64,000 nucleotides of DNA from Amoebidium appalachense (taxonomy: Eukaryota > Protista > Ichthyosporea): the NCBI GenBank assembly GCA_963693365.1, contig CAVNZM010000003.1:12511810-12575809 (forward strand), written 5' to 3'. Each line of letters starts with the position of its first letter. Within the stretch, counting starts at the first letter, position 1. A model generated the notes under the pieces. It made no database searches. It was not told where the DNA came from and saw only the letters and a list, made by a program, of their open reading frames with translations. Position numbers and translations under genes: made by a program. Shown here piece by piece: positions 1-29,630 of this stretch.

Positions 1-293
1 TTCGAAGATGCCATGCAACCGTTTAACAAGGAAATGCATCTGATCATCGGACATACAACACCACACATATTAGGATACGTGCATAAGTAAGTCTGGATAT
101 GTCATTATTTTCTTTCTTTCTTTCTTTCTTTCTTTTTTTTCCCTTGCACACGAACTAGCCGGTAAACTAATATATAATGAGCACCCATGTATCAGGTAAG
201 CATCGATTACCACTACGCATAATACATTCCAAGTATGCATCAACACCGTCACTTTTTCACCGATATATCATGGGTATTAGTTGGGTGGCCCAC

Positions 294-665
294 CCAGCTT
301 GTCGGGCCTGTCCACCAATGCAATAACCTGCTGCAGTGCCCCGTATACGGCCTTGCCCTGCAGATCCATCCGCCCCTATCCACCCCACCTTGCACACATG
401 AGTATTATTTCTACCTAGTTTAGCCCAATGCTTGGTATTTTCCATCAATAACCACATCAGATTTGGTTCTGCTTAGCTTAGCCCGGCTCCTGGTTTATTC
501 GCTGCCCCCTCCTCCACGTGGCATGAAGGAATCCGTTGCTATGCTTTCCATATTTCAACAAAATCCAAAATATTAGTATCTGCTCTGTCCCCCCCCCCCC
601 CCCCCCCTCCCTAACCCCCTCCCTAACCCCACCCAACCCACCCACCCACTTACCCCCTCCCCAAC

Positions 666-696
<31 letters not shown>

Positions 697-705
697 GCTT
701 TTTTT

Positions 706-766
<61 letters not shown>

Positions 767-3219
767 CACACACACACACACACACACAGGCCCATGCACA
801 CGCACACACGCACACACGCACCCATACAGGCTTACACGTACACCTTGTCACCAATTTTCATCATGCCCCCTCTCCCCCTCCTCCGGCCCCTCCTCCCCCA
901 ACCCACCCACCCACCCACCCCACCCCACAGAAAATCACACCTCCCCATCCTCCCACCACACCTTACCCTAATACCCGACTCCCCTACTCACCTGGAACAC
1001 GTCCTTAGCCTCTGGGCAAGTCTTGAAGTACCTGGCGTAGAATGCACTGAGGAACCTGTCCCTGTCCTCGGTGGCAATCTCCCAGTCGCGCCTCAGCTTA
1101 GGCTTGTCGTCCTTGAGGGCCTTGCGCAGCCACTTGGGCATGCCGGCACTCTTGAACTGGATGTCCTCCATCAGCGACTGCAGCAGCTTGCTGACCTGTG
1201 TGGATAGTGGGGGTTGTTAGCTTAATTTCTTTGGTGTGTGCAGAGGTGGTAGGCACGATTGTGTGTGTGTGTGTGTATCTTGCTGACCTGCGCATGGTGG
1301 GGCGTTATGAAGCTTGATTTGCTTGTGTAGAGGTAGTGTGGTGGATGGTGAGTTTGTGTATATCTACTTCAATCAGATGTGAAGGGGTGGGTGGTGTGTT
1401 GATCATAGTAGTTGATTTGTGTTTGTATCGTAAGTGTGAGTTAAAAATTGTTTGTGTTTGGGATATACCATACATTTTCAATCACTTGGTTGCTTTGATA
1501 GGGCATGAGGGGGGGAGAGGGGTGCGAGAGGGGGGGGGGGGGGGGGGGGGGGGGGGGAAGGCAAGGGCATCTGCGTGCGTTTGTGTGTTGAGGGTACGAA
1601 GTGGGGGGGGGGGGGGGGGGGGGGGGAGAGGGGGGGGGGGGGGGGGGGGGGGGGCAGGGACATCTGCGTGTGTTTGCGTGTTGAGGGTACGAAGTGGGGG
1701 TGGGGGGGGGGGGGGGAGGTGGGGGGAAGGTGGAGGGGGCGCGGGAGGGGGGGGGGGGGGGAGGGGGGGGATTTACTCGTGTGTTGGTGTGTCAAGGGGA
1801 GGGGGGATGGAGAAGGGGGTGGTTGTGCTTAAGCAGGTTAATAGGTATATGTGGGGGGTGGGTGGGGGGGTGGGGGGGGGGTAAACAACGGACAGGGAGG
1901 CAGAGCGGGGAGAAAAAAAAAGAGGGGGGGAGGGGAAGGGGACCTAACCAGTGTGTAGGCATTCTCCCAAGCAGTCTGCATGGCAGGGGTCCAGTCAGCG
2001 CCGATGCGCTCTGCAATGGCAGCAATGAGTGCTTTCCCGAATGCATCGAACATCTCAGCAGTGACGCCAATGTGCACGTGAGTGGCTGCCAGTTCTTGCA
2101 TCTGGTCGCGGAGTTGCTCCCCGTTGTCGAGGTACTGCATCATGCGGGAGAGTGCACCGGACATGGCGCGGGTTTGGTGGAAGGTGTTGTTGTTGAACAT
2201 CAGCTTGGTCTGCGGGTGGAAACAAAAGAAACGTAAGTTAACAAGTGATGGTGGTGGATAGCATCGAGGTGGTTGAGGTGGGTGAAAAGGTGCAAGGTGT
2301 CGGTGGTGGGGTTGGGGGGGGGGAAGGGGAGGAAGGGGGGGAAGGGGGGGGGGGGGGGGGGTTTGGGGTTGGTAAGATGGTGAGTGTCCACGTGCAAAAA
2401 ACCTGTGACGGGGATTGGCTAAGTATCTGGAACACGAAATGCTAAAATGCTTCTGTGGTGTTTAGGTGCATTTTGGGGCAAGCTACGGACTCTCCAGGAA
2501 TGAATTTTTTGGTATTATTTCCATTGACCTTTCCTTGTACAGCATTTTTTCCTTGCCGTGTATGCCCATATACGATCCCAATCAAATTCAATACTAGTAG
2601 CTCCAGGTTTTTTCGCTGGTGACCTTACGTTCACCCTCTTCCCCGTCCCCTACACCATCCTCCCAATGCTCCCCCCCCCCCCCCCCCCCCCCCCCCATCC
2701 CATCCTCCCAGTCCCCCCCCCCACCCCACACCGCCACACGTGCCAACATGCACACATACACACACAAAGAAACCCCGCTAACAACCCCACCTCTCCTTTG
2801 CATGCATCCCAACCAACCCCTCCCCTCCCCCCATCCCCCCCCCCCCCCCCCCCCAACTTCCCCCTATGCTTGTGTGAACATCCCCCCCCCCCCCCCCCCC
2901 CCCCCCCCTTTAGTTAGATTGCACTGTGTGCCCCTGGTTCCCGATGCTAGTGTTTATGCTTGTTAGAAGCGTTGATAGTGTGATGTGCAGGCGGGCGGGC
3001 GGGCGGATGGGGAGGTGTGGGAGAGGGGGCGGGAGGGGGGGGGGGGGGAAGAGAGAGGGGGAAGGGGTGAGGGGAGGGGGGGGGGAAAGGGGGGGAAGTA
3101 GGTATTAAGAAAATGAGGCCGAGCTTGAGAGATGAAGGGGTGTGTGTGTGTGGGGGGGGGGGGGGGGGGGGGGAGGGGGGGAGAGATGGAGGGGGTGAGG
3201 GGTGAGGGGTGAGAGGGAA

Positions 3220-3258
<39 letters not shown>

Positions 3259-3686
3259 GATGTAGATTCAGTCGTGTGGCATAATGATTATGACGGTTTG
3301 GAGATATTCCACGGATATTGCTTGTATGCATGCGTGCCAAAAAAGGGGAAAATATCATCATTCTGCATACTTAGTAACAAGATTTCGAGCCATTTTGGAG
3401 GAGTGGGAAGAGGAAAGGTGCTCACCTCAGGCATCATTATAAACAGCTTGTTGTAGAACGACTCGACCAACTCAGCCACAGGGGTGACGGACTTTGATTT
3501 CTTCTCACTGATAGCCAGCTGCCACGTGTGCTGGACAACACGCTTGTGCTCACTCTGCAACATCTGAACGAGAACAGCGTCTGCACTGTCCAGACTTCCC
3601 CTGTCAAGGCTTGGCCCCCGTGCACTTACAAACTTGCTGCTGCCATTACCGAAACTGCCACCGCTTTTTCCTGAGCCCGTAGACAT
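294..3686 (-). CDS. Multi-domain (at least 2) globin, spliced; 3' end unresolved, may run off the left edge
   Basis: Exons 3686-3426, 2209-1949, 1195-992, 375-294 with GT-AG borders, first three phase 0. Domain 1: VVQHTW..FYNKLFIMMPE|TKLMF..HQTRAM..LAATHVHIGVTAEMFDAFGKAL..WTPAMQTAWENAY (A12 Trp, CD1 Phe, E7 Gln, F8 His). Domain 2: LRRDW..FYARYFKTCPEAKDVFQ|GRMDLQGKAVYGAL. Confidence 0.85.
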
Positions 3687-5294
3687 TTTTTCTGTTTTGA
3701 AAATTTAGAGTGGTGTACACGACTTGGTGGGGTGTGTTTGCAATGTGCTGGTCACTGTTGTGGTAAATTCGGTGTGGGTGAAGTAACGTTGCTGGGTGAA
3801 GGTTTAGCAGCTTGTCAACACCGTGTTGTGCATTTATATGCATGGACTCTTTTGGTTTCTTTGTACAAAAAAATGAAACACTAGGCCTCTAAAGAGTTAA
3901 GCAGGTAAAATAAAGAGTGTATGCCCAAAGCATGTGTATCGTCGTTTGCTTACTGAAGATATGATAATAAAGCCCCACTGGCGTACATACTGAGCAGTGA
4001 GGAGGTCTATTCTTTACAGCGACGAAAAAGGGAAATGAGAAATCTGATGATATACCGCAACAAAAGAGCTGTGTTCTAATCACGTTCTTCCTTGTTTTAC
4101 AGTTCCAACAGATGATTGAGGTAAAGAAGAAAGAGGGGAAAAGAAGGAATGCAAAAACTGTCAGAGTGCTACAGTCATTACTTCACTCCTTTGCCGTTTG
4201 CTGAAAACCTTTGATTTGAATTTTACTTTCCTTTTCACTCCTTTTCTATGTCTCTCTCACCAATGTCTTCGGCTTTTTCCTCGACTTCATATATTACGTT
4301 TCTGATTTCCCTTTCCTTTGGAATGCACAACTAAGCCTTTTTAGTCTTTCTCCCTTCTACAATAACCTCGCAACACAATCACTAAGTCTTTACAAAGCCC
4401 TCTCTTTTTTGATTCCCTTTCCACCCTTCATTCTGTCTATAACACCCTCATAAACTTTTCCTCTAACCCTTTCTCCCCTCTTTTTTTTTTCAAATTTTCG
4501 TTTTCGTTTCGTTTTTCCCTGTGCTTGGCTCCAAAAGCCGGAAATGTGCTGATTGGTTCACACTGAAAGTTGCCAGATTTCACATGTCGTCATCACTTGA
4601 AAAAAGCCACTTTCCTTATCTTTTTCCTATGGACACAAAACAAAAATGGAAACGGTTCTCATCCATAAGATTTATTTCTGCTTATTTTCTTCCCATGGAA
4701 ATAGAAATCAGAAACTGTTCTTAGCCATACCATTTATCCCTAATTATTTCAGTGTCTTGTTAGAGAAATTTTGGTATGAGAAAAGATAATCATTATTCGT
4801 ATACAGTGGGCACGTGCGGCAGTAACAGAGGAGTGCAAAAATATCCCCACGGCATCACGCGTCCAGTCAAAGAGAGCCAGGTAAGAACACGTGTGTGCTC
4901 ACACACCCACTTGCACGTGCATTATGCAGCTGCAGTGCCCATCTGCCCCCCCCGTGGGCCCGTGGGCCCAGGGCGCTCACGCACCATAGATGGATGTGTG
5001 CATTGTTGTATTGTTCCCCTGGAACTGCAGTTGTGAAAAGCATACTACGGATATCTCTAGCATCGGTGCACCGATATTAATTTACTAATCGTACACACAC
5101 ACCATATGCATGTGGACATACACACACTGAAACGACACACATCTGGTCTCGCAGAAAAATATCAAACTACTTTTTTTGTGCTCATGATGGTGATTTGAGG
5201 TTTGAAGAGGCCGCAGGGGTGGGCAGAAAGAAGGATGGGGTTGGGGGTGGGGGGCCAGTTGGCCATGGTAGGGGGGGGAGAGAGGGGAGGGGAA

Positions 5295-5345
<51 letters not shown>

Positions 5346-5584
5346 GGGGGGGGGGGGGGGGGGGGGGGGAAGGGGATCCGGGGGGAGGGAGGGGAAGGAG
5401 GGGCAGGGTGGGCTCAAGGTTAATGGTGGAAAAGCTCTCTGTGAGGTCACAAGTTCTTTCAGGCTGATGAACTGGCTACCACTCTTACACAGACGTGGGT
5501 GGTGGTGGTGGTGGTGGTGATGGTGGTGGTTGTGGAGGGGACCGAGGGGAGGGCAGGGGGGGTCGGGGAAGGCCCGTGGGGGGA

Positions 5585-5638
<54 letters not shown>

Positions 5639-6466
5639 GGGGAATGGGGAAAAGAGGAGGCCCGGTCCTGGCCCTGCAGGTCCACCCACTCACTCCCTGT
5701 TGAACTTCGTCTTACGAACATTCAGACTACTGGAGGATACGAAACTGTGTACAATGTATGTATGTGTATAAAAGCGGCAACCTGATGCAGGGTATACCGG
5801 TAGTGCAACCAGATTGAGAGTGCAGTAGATGTAAAACTTTAAGACACGGGGGAGGCAAGGCCGGGGGAATGGGGGGTGTCTGTGGGTGGGGGTTTGGGTG
5901 GGTGTGGGTGAGGGGGTGGGTGGGGGGAGGGGGAGGAGGGGGGGAAGGGGGGGGGGAGGGGAAGGGGGGATGACATGGTTGTATTGTACACGTGCGGGTG
6001 GGTCATTCATGGTCTTCAATAAACCGGAAAAACTCGCATAGCTGCTGTGGTTCGGTTCACACATGTGATTTTATTGGTCAAAAAAACAACAAATTTACAC
6101 AGAAATACACCTACCGGCAGAGTCCAACCACAGCCTGTGCACACCAGCACAACTGGAACATCAATTTGCATATCTAGAACAGCTATAATGGTATTAGGGT
6201 TAGAAAATCTCACAGTTCTATCATACATGCTAGCTCAAATCAACAAGATGTCGTTGTGTTCCGTACATATTTCCTACTTGACGTCTTAATCTCCGATTCA
6301 CGAGTTAATTTTCAAAATGGCAAGTCACTACCAACCATGCATAGGAAAAGAAGGAAAACCAACGTGGAAAACAGTCACCACACAAGCTTTATTCAATCGG
6401 CAGTAACCATCAATTCAATATCACTCTCAGAATGCCATTGCTTGTATATGTCGTATATTGGTAGCA

Positions 6467-6518
<52 letters not shown>

Positions 6519-6854
6519 AGATCACCACCACCAAACACACACCAACTCCCCCCACCAACCCCCCCCCCCCCCCCCCCCCCCCGGAGGAATATCAGAAGCC
6601 TGCATAATAGATATACCGAAAGTTTGCATGTTTGCCCTTCTATGCGTGTACATGTACTGTTACTACCTTGCCTGTCTGCATAAGCAATGCGTCCAGTTAT
6701 ACACAAGTATAATATTACTTGCCCATAAATACACTACTTTTCCAATGCCAAAAACACACCATTCCCTTCTCGTCGTGTCACACGCACACACACACACGTA
6801 CACGCACGCACACACACACACGCACACACGTACACACACACGCACGCAAAAACG

Positions 6855-6932
<78 letters not shown>

Positions 6933-6992
6933 ACACCAACCCCACCACTAGTTCTTTTGAGCATCCGACGCCGTACGTTCCACTTCACCCAC

Positions 6993-21216
<14,224 letters not shown>

Positions 21217-22340
21217 GGTTGCGGTTCTCACACTATGTGGATGCCAGGGTTATGATGGGAAAGTGTCTAATGTCGATAAGAGGAAGACGGGGGCTAGGGG
21301 GGGAGGGTTATTAATCGTCTGGGTGTGTTGGGAGAACTAACAAAATGATGTTTGTTTGGTAATAAATGATTTCTTGCTGGTTGCTCGGAAACAGTTAGGA
21401 TTGAAATGAAAAATGATGGTAGAAAATATGTATGCTATGGTTTCTGCACGAGACTGCTTTTTATCCTCCCTTACACGGCTACTCGAGCTCTACACATATG
21501 CTACATACTAAGGTAAAAAGACTAATGTGAAGCCACGAAACACTGAGGCACCCACAACACCGCAAAAAACGTTACATACTGTGACGCTCAGTACTTGACC
21601 GCCCCGGTTCCAAATAAATTCCAAAACCCTTTTTCTAATCGGATTGGCTAGAAAACCGGTCAGAAGATCGTTTAACGTTTAAAGTTTAAAACCTTCATCA
21701 TTATTTTCTATAATGTTGAACTATTGTTGTCCGTTTAATAAATTTAAGAAAACAATCATTCTAAAGAACAAACACTTTTAAAAGAGTAATATCAGGTAGC
21801 CAGCATACTTCTCTTGTTATTGGATCAAGCAGTATACCAATCAAATTATAGTTGTTTTGAAAGATCACATACCAACGTTTTATCGAAGCGTGAACCCCTT
21901 TTTCTGCTGCAGCCCCGTCTGGGCCACTGGCCTTCGTCCCCCGAGTCCCCCAGTGGTACCGTATCCCTTGGCTTTGGGTTTCTGCATATGTTTTTTGCAC
22001 ACTGCGAACTGTAGAGCAGCAGTATTACGGTGCCTACGTGTTGCCTACTTTGACGTAGAAAGCAAAGCCTCGAGAGTCAAGCGGCTCTCAGAGTCAGATT
22101 TGCTTGCGCAGCTCATGCATAGATCCATATATGTACATAAATGAACTTCAGCATAAGCCCTGGAACTTCTGCGTGTCACTTTTTGGCCGCACAGTGACAC
22201 TCCCGTGGGGTAATGAGCGATGTTCTTGACGGCTCCGGCAGCTGTATAGATAGTTATCCATCACTGTAGGCCACACCCAGAGGACGGGAAGGGGACCGGT
22301 GAGGGGCCACAGGGGGGGGGAGGGAGTCTGGTGGGCCGAG

Positions 22341-22400
<60 letters not shown>

Positions 22401-22586
22401 GGGAGGAAGGGAGGGATCGAGGGAGGGAGGGAGAGATGCAAGGGGAGAGCGAGAAAGAGGGGCGGTCGGGGGGGGGGGGGGGGGGGGAGGGGGGGGGGCT
22501 GGGATGGGGCGGAGGAGGGAGAGTGGTAGAAAAGGAGAGATGAAGAGACGGAGGGAGGGGGAGAGAGAGAGAGAGCCTCGGTGGGT

Positions 22587-22619
<33 letters not shown>

Positions 22620-22741
22620 GGGAGAGAGAGAGAGAGAGATAGAGAGAGGTAGACAGAGAGAGAGAGAAAGAGAGGGAGGTAGGAAGGGAGAGAGGGATCG
22701 GGGGGGGGGGGGGGGGGGAGAGGAGGGGGGGGGGGGGGGAG

Positions 22742-22780
<39 letters not shown>

Positions 22781-22995
22781 CAAGAGAGAGGAATTTGAAA
22801 GACTTGAGCCGGCCGAGCTTCGAAAGAGGTGAAGGGCCGAGAAGTGCATGCACACTGCTGAAACAAAGGGCCAACAAAGCACACAACCAACCACCAACTC
22901 AGTTGAAATTGCTCCTGGACCACCACTTTAATTTTTGAAAGCTCGTGAACAATGAGAGTATACTATGCCAAATATATCATGATCCGATCCATGAT

Positions 22996-23112
<117 letters not shown>

Positions 23113-23492
23113 TGCACTATTTGCCTACCATGGCCAAAGGATCGTGCACATTCACTGGTCGCAGCTCCAAAAACATCGCTTAAGCCTTCATGTCTTCCTG
23201 AATTTACTACCACACCTGCTCCAGCGGCCAAAATCAGAAACTTATGATGCTCCTCGGGCCTAGTAATCTGTAGCGCAGCAATATGAAAAAAGGTGAAGAG
23301 AGCCCATTGGCTTAAGGTCATGCGCAAAATGTAAAGGGAAATGCCGGCAAGGATGGCCGTAAGGGAGGGAGGAGAACTGGGGGAGAGGGGGGGGGGGGGG
23401 GGTGGACCAAAGTCACGTCATGAAAAAAAAAAAACGGCCTAAGTAATGGCGCAACGGGCTGAAGAGAAGGAGGGAGGAGAGGAGGTGTGTGT

Positions 23493-23552
<60 letters not shown>

Positions 23553-23643
23553 CGAAGTTTTTATGAACTTCGAAAATGGCCGAAGTTATGCAACGCAGCA
23601 GAATGAAACGGGCTGAACAACCTGGGAGGGAGCAAAAGGGGAA

Positions 23644-23677
<34 letters not shown>

Positions 23678-23708
23678 GAGGAGGGGATGGAGTGGGGTGG
23701 GGTGGGGT

Positions 23709-23739
<31 letters not shown>

Positions 23740-23849
23740 TCAGTAAAAAAGGAGCCGGGGGCTAAGTAGAAGGGAACAGGAGGGGTGAGCCTCGGAGGGC
23801 GTGCGTGCCCGATCTGTCACAGCTTGTGAAATTTCGACATGTGTGTGTG

Positions 23850-23923
<74 letters not shown>

Positions 23924-24592
23924 GCGTGTGTGTGCGTGTGTGTGTGTGTGTGGAGAAGGGGTGGGGAAGGGAGGAAGGCTTCAAGATTATAATGGCATTA
24001 AAAGGGGTTTCTTTCAGCTTTTCGGGCCGGGTCGGGTCAGAGGCGATATTAGCTATGATTGGCGTGCTGCGCATCAGCTGCGCACCATCGTCTTGCTGGC
24101 AGCAAGTTACAGATGCAAGAAAAGGAAAAAAAAGGAAATGAAGAAGGGAAGAATAATAATTAAGCGTTTGGAAGAAGATTGCATGTTCATATTATGATTT
24201 GTATGCTGAGTAAATGGCTTCACCCGGATGTGCTGAAATGGGGACAATTAATCAACTTAAAAGAAACCCCCTTTAAAGAGCCAAAACTCGGCTCTGGGAA
24301 AAGATTGCAGAATGAAAAAGTACCGTTATGTAGACGCAATTTTCGTTAATAGACTGGCCCGGCCCCGGCCGGGGGGGGGGGGGGGGGGGGGGAGGGGGGG
24401 GGGGGGGGGGGGGGGGGGCTCATTCTTAGCTCATAGGACCCAAAATCATATGCATATCATGGAATAAGTTAGTAACATACTCTAATGATCAACATGATGA
24501 TCATCACTGCGTATACCTGGTTATACGGTAATAAAAATGGTTGTGACGGAAGTTCTTGTGCACATGTACAGAGCGCAACGGTAACGGCTACG

Positions 24593-24683
<91 letters not shown>

Positions 24684-24693
24684 GCGTGCGTGC

Positions 24694-24760
<67 letters not shown>

Positions 24761-24804
24761 TGTGTGTGTGTTTATGTGTGTGTGTGTTTGTGTGTGTGTG
24801 TGTT

Positions 24805-24878
<74 letters not shown>

Positions 24879-25519
24879 GCTAAGGGGGAGATTTGAATTT
24901 ATCTTTACAAAACAATATGACGGGTGGTTTCTAGGCCATCATTCGAAACTAAAGCAAGATTAGCCCCCAATGTCGGCCCCACCAATGATGCTGCAGGGGA
25001 AAAAAAAAGAACAAAAAAAAAAAAGCAGCAACCAACCCGCCTGGAAAAGTTACAGAATGGCAAAGCCTCTTCCCCCCCCCCCCCCCCCCCCCCCCCTCCT
25101 CCCCCCCCCCCCCCTACAAACTTCTCTGATTCGCAGCTCCACACTTAACTTGCGAATGTGCCAATTGTCAAACAAAATCCAATTACCATTGGTCTGTTAG
25201 GGTTACTGTATCCTTTGAAGCTTGCTCAGGCCAGCGGCCAATGTGAAGCAGAAAACTCAGCAACCTCACCTATCAGGCATGTCACGAGTCGGACACAATA
25301 AGGAAAGAGTTGAGATACTGGTAATGCGAATGGGCAACTAGCCTAGTGGCCGGGTATATGCCTAGACGAGAGGAAATCCCCTCCTGTGCTGTTTTTTTCT
25401 TTTCTTTTTCCTTTTATTATCGTTATGATTATTCAATATTATTATTTCCAGTATTATTATTATTATGGGGGGGAAGGGGGGGAGGAAGGGAGAGAGAGAG
25501 GGAGGGGGGGGCGCACAGT

Positions 25520-25589
<70 letters not shown>

Positions 25590-25659
25590 ACGTACAGTAA
25601 TTGTGTGTGGTGTGTGCACATGTGTGCGTGTGTGAGTATGTGTGAGTGTGTGCACGCCA

Positions 25660-25756
<97 letters not shown>

Positions 25757-26229
25757 ACGTATAGTACTAGTAATTGTGTGTGGTGTGTGCACATGTGTGC
25801 GTGTGTGAGTATGTGTGAGTGTGTGCACGCCACAGTGTGTGAGTGTGAGTGTGTGTGTGTGTGACTGTGTATGTGTGTACGGGGCAACGTGTATGTGTGT
25901 CATGTGTATCATAACGGTCACAGTGTTTGTATGTGCTTGTTTACATTGCCAAAAGCTTAAGTGTGTGTGTGACACTGTGCACACAATGCAACTCACGTGC
26001 ACGTACGTGCGTGCACCCGGTCCAATGTGTACCATATATGCATGCACTAGCGTATTATCATCATTAAAGGGCCTATAGATAGTCCTCGGATTCGAAGGCT
26101 AAATTTCGAAGCAAAGTATTTGAAACCACGAGCTTCTATTACCATCCATGTGCTACCATAGCCAATATTTCAGGAGTGGGAAGTCACGAACGTCCCCCCC
26201 CCGCCCCCCCCCCCCCCTCCCCCCCCCCG

Positions 26230-26263
<34 letters not shown>

Positions 26264-27250
26264 GAAGTGACTGAGATCACTTCATATATAGTATACGAGA
26301 TCCACAAAAAGCTGTCTCACTCTTCTCATGCTCGCGCACGTGTACGTGGCCCATAACGGCGTGTTGCAGCAAGCTGTCGCGCATCAATCAGCGATGTAGC
26401 AGGGAGTACAGAGTATGCTCATAAAGACTATACTACGGTCGACCACCATTGTTTAACCTACTGCTTGCAAAGGAGCGCCCGTTGGTAATCGCTCCCAAGG
26501 CGCCAAATCGCGACTACCTATCATACTTATGCACGTTTCCGTATGTAGTTACTGTTGACGTAAGTATGGAGGCCTCTCAATGTCACTCTTGGCTTTCTTT
26601 GAACTTCTTCAGGGTGCACGCGTGCTGAATCCGGAGTCTAGGAACCACCTAAAGGCGGCGTAATGATATAGCAGGCAGAAAAGGAAAGAGGATGAGTACT
26701 GCCAGAGCCTAAATCACTAGAAACTTTTTGGACAAAAGTACCGTAACGTAAACTTTAGGGCGAGCGCTCACGCCGTCATTGGCCCGTACGCGTCAAGCCT
26801 GCAGCTGGCCTTGCAACTTGCAGATCCGAAGGCTTCCGATCCATGGTTAAGATCCTGCTCGAGTCGAGTATTTTTATTACAACCCATCATTTCATCGGGA
26901 TGCAACAAATCCACATTCCGCATACTTCACAAACAATGCGGTCTCCGATGGCGAAAAGTGATCGCGAATTCGTGACCAGTTGAACGTGAGACGTGCGTGA
27001 GACGGTGCTAGTATATGTAATGGCCCAAGTATGTGCAATGGGCCAGAGGATAAAACTGATGTATCTGTTGGTTGGTTGTTGGGGAAAAAAGCCGTGGGGA
27101 TCCCGGAGCCGAGAAGGGGAAGTGGAGTGCACGCGTAGGAAACTAGTTGAGCTCGAGGGAGTTGGCAGGACGTTTTGACTTTCGTTGAGGGAATTTTGAG
27201 GGGGGACGCTCAAGGGTTGGGGGGGGGGGGGGGGGGGGGGGGGAGGGGGG

Positions 27251-27297
<47 letters not shown>

Positions 27298-27865
27298 GAG
27301 GGGGACGGGCCGGGGGAAGACAGACTAATAATCCTGATCAGCAAGTTGGGTGGAGTGTTCACTGCCCAGCTATTATAACTAGTGCTACTTCACTAGTGTT
27401 TTTATGATTTCGTATTCTGAAAAAGGGGGGGGGGGGGGGGGGGGAGGGGGGAGGGGGCAGGGGGGGAGGGGAAGGGGGGGGGGGGGGGGGGGGGAGGGGG
27501 AGGGGGCAGGGGAAGGGGGGGGGGGGGAGGGGGGGAGGCACGTGGTATTAGAAACTGTAAAAACCAACTTTGTGCCCCCCCCCCCCTCCCCCCCCCCCCC
27601 TCCCCCCAAAAAAAAACAGACACACACACACGTCACCACCGTGCACCACAACCACCACCCACCCCCCTCAACCAAGGGACGTAGGGTGCTCTGGCGGAAC
27701 CCCCTCCCCCCCCCCCCCCCCCCCGCTCCCTTCTCCCCCTCTCACCCCCCCCCCCCCCTGCCTTCCTTCCCTCTCTGGGCCACTCCTATACCCTCCCTTC
27801 CCCCCCTCCCTTCCCCCCCTCCCCCCCTCCCCCCCCCCCCCTCCCCCCCCCTCCCCCAGCCCAAC

Positions 27866-27897
<32 letters not shown>

Positions 27898-28154
27898 AAC
27901 AACTTTGAAAAAAAAAACCGCAACGTGAAGGGTAGTGGGTCCTAATTGGTCCTGCTTGGGGTCCCCCCCCCTCCCCCCCCTCCTCCCCCCCCCCCCCCCC
28001 CCCCCCTCCGGGGCCTGGCCTCGGAGGCCTCCTCACCTAAACAGATATCTCTCCCTCCTTCCGTCCTTCCCCCTGGCCCTCACTCTTCCTCCTAAACCAC
28101 ACATCTCTAGCTCTCCCTGCTGCCCCTTAGCCATTCTGGGCACTCTGGGCATTC

Positions 28155-28192
<38 letters not shown>

Positions 28193-29118
28193 CCCCTACC
28201 CTTCACCACATGTACAACTACAACCACCATATTTCAAACTCAAAACTTCAAAAAAAAAATCCAAACTCTCGGTTCATTTGCAGCAGATTTCAAAGCACCA
28301 GAAATGAGTGAGTGATTGGGTGAGTGAGTGAGCGCACACAGCCTGGCAGTGAACACACACACATGGCACCCTATCATGAAGCCTTAGGGGATTATTCCAG
28401 TTTTGCCCTTCCCTTTATATTAGGGTGTCATGTGTGTGTGTTCACTGACTGTGTATGACACCAGTCACGGTGTGCTCACTCACTCATTTCTGGCTCTCAT
28501 CTTCCTGAAAACCTCAGTACTATGCATGCATGGGACCACACACACACAGATCATCATGTGCACACGTACTCAAACCTGCAAACGTGCACACGTACTACAA
28601 TGTACCCATAGTGTCATACGTATATCGACACACACACACACAGTATTAATGGGGCCACTGGGCCACATCAGCAATTCGAAACTACTTCAAGCTGAACTAT
28701 TATTCTGCAAACAAGTTGAACACATTTCCAGTATAAAAGAAAAGTTGACATGTTGTTGAAGCAGGCTTATTCAGCAAAGGCAAATTCATAGTCCCCCTCC
28801 TTCCCCTCCCTTCCAAAAAAAAAACAAAAAAAAAACCTGAATTATACTTCTGCTCACTGAGATTGAAGAAGAAATTCGTTCTTCAATTGTGAAAAGAAAA
28901 AGGAGCCACAAGAATAGTAACTAAGATGTTGCCTATTAGATTATCGGGCAGACACGATACGTGCGGCACACACGTGCGCGCACACCCACCCCAATCTCCC
29001 CCCCGGGGCCCCTTCCCCTCCCCCTCCCCACACTCACACATACACACACCCCGCACACATACATGCGCTCACACACACACACGCGCACGCGCGCGCGCGC
29101 AGACAAACAACACACACA

Positions 29119-29179
<61 letters not shown>

Positions 29180-29381
29180 TGCCAGTGTGTGTGTATGTGT
29201 GTGTGTTTTTTCAAAGTGTTTGTGTGAGTGAGTGAGTGAGTGAGTGTGAGTGAGTGTGTGTGCGTGTGTGCGTGTGTGTGTGTGTGTGTGTGGGTGTGTG
29301 GGTGGGTGGGTGTGGGTGGGTGTGTGTGTGTTTGTGTGTGACGGTGTGTGTGTGACACTGTGTGTGTGTGTGTGTGTTTTG

Positions 29382-29471
<90 letters not shown>

Positions 29472-29534
29472 TGTGGGGGGAGGGGAATGGGTGGTTGGGA
29501 GGGGGAGGGGGGGGGGAGAGAGAGAGAGAGAGAA

Positions 29535-29630
<96 letters not shown>

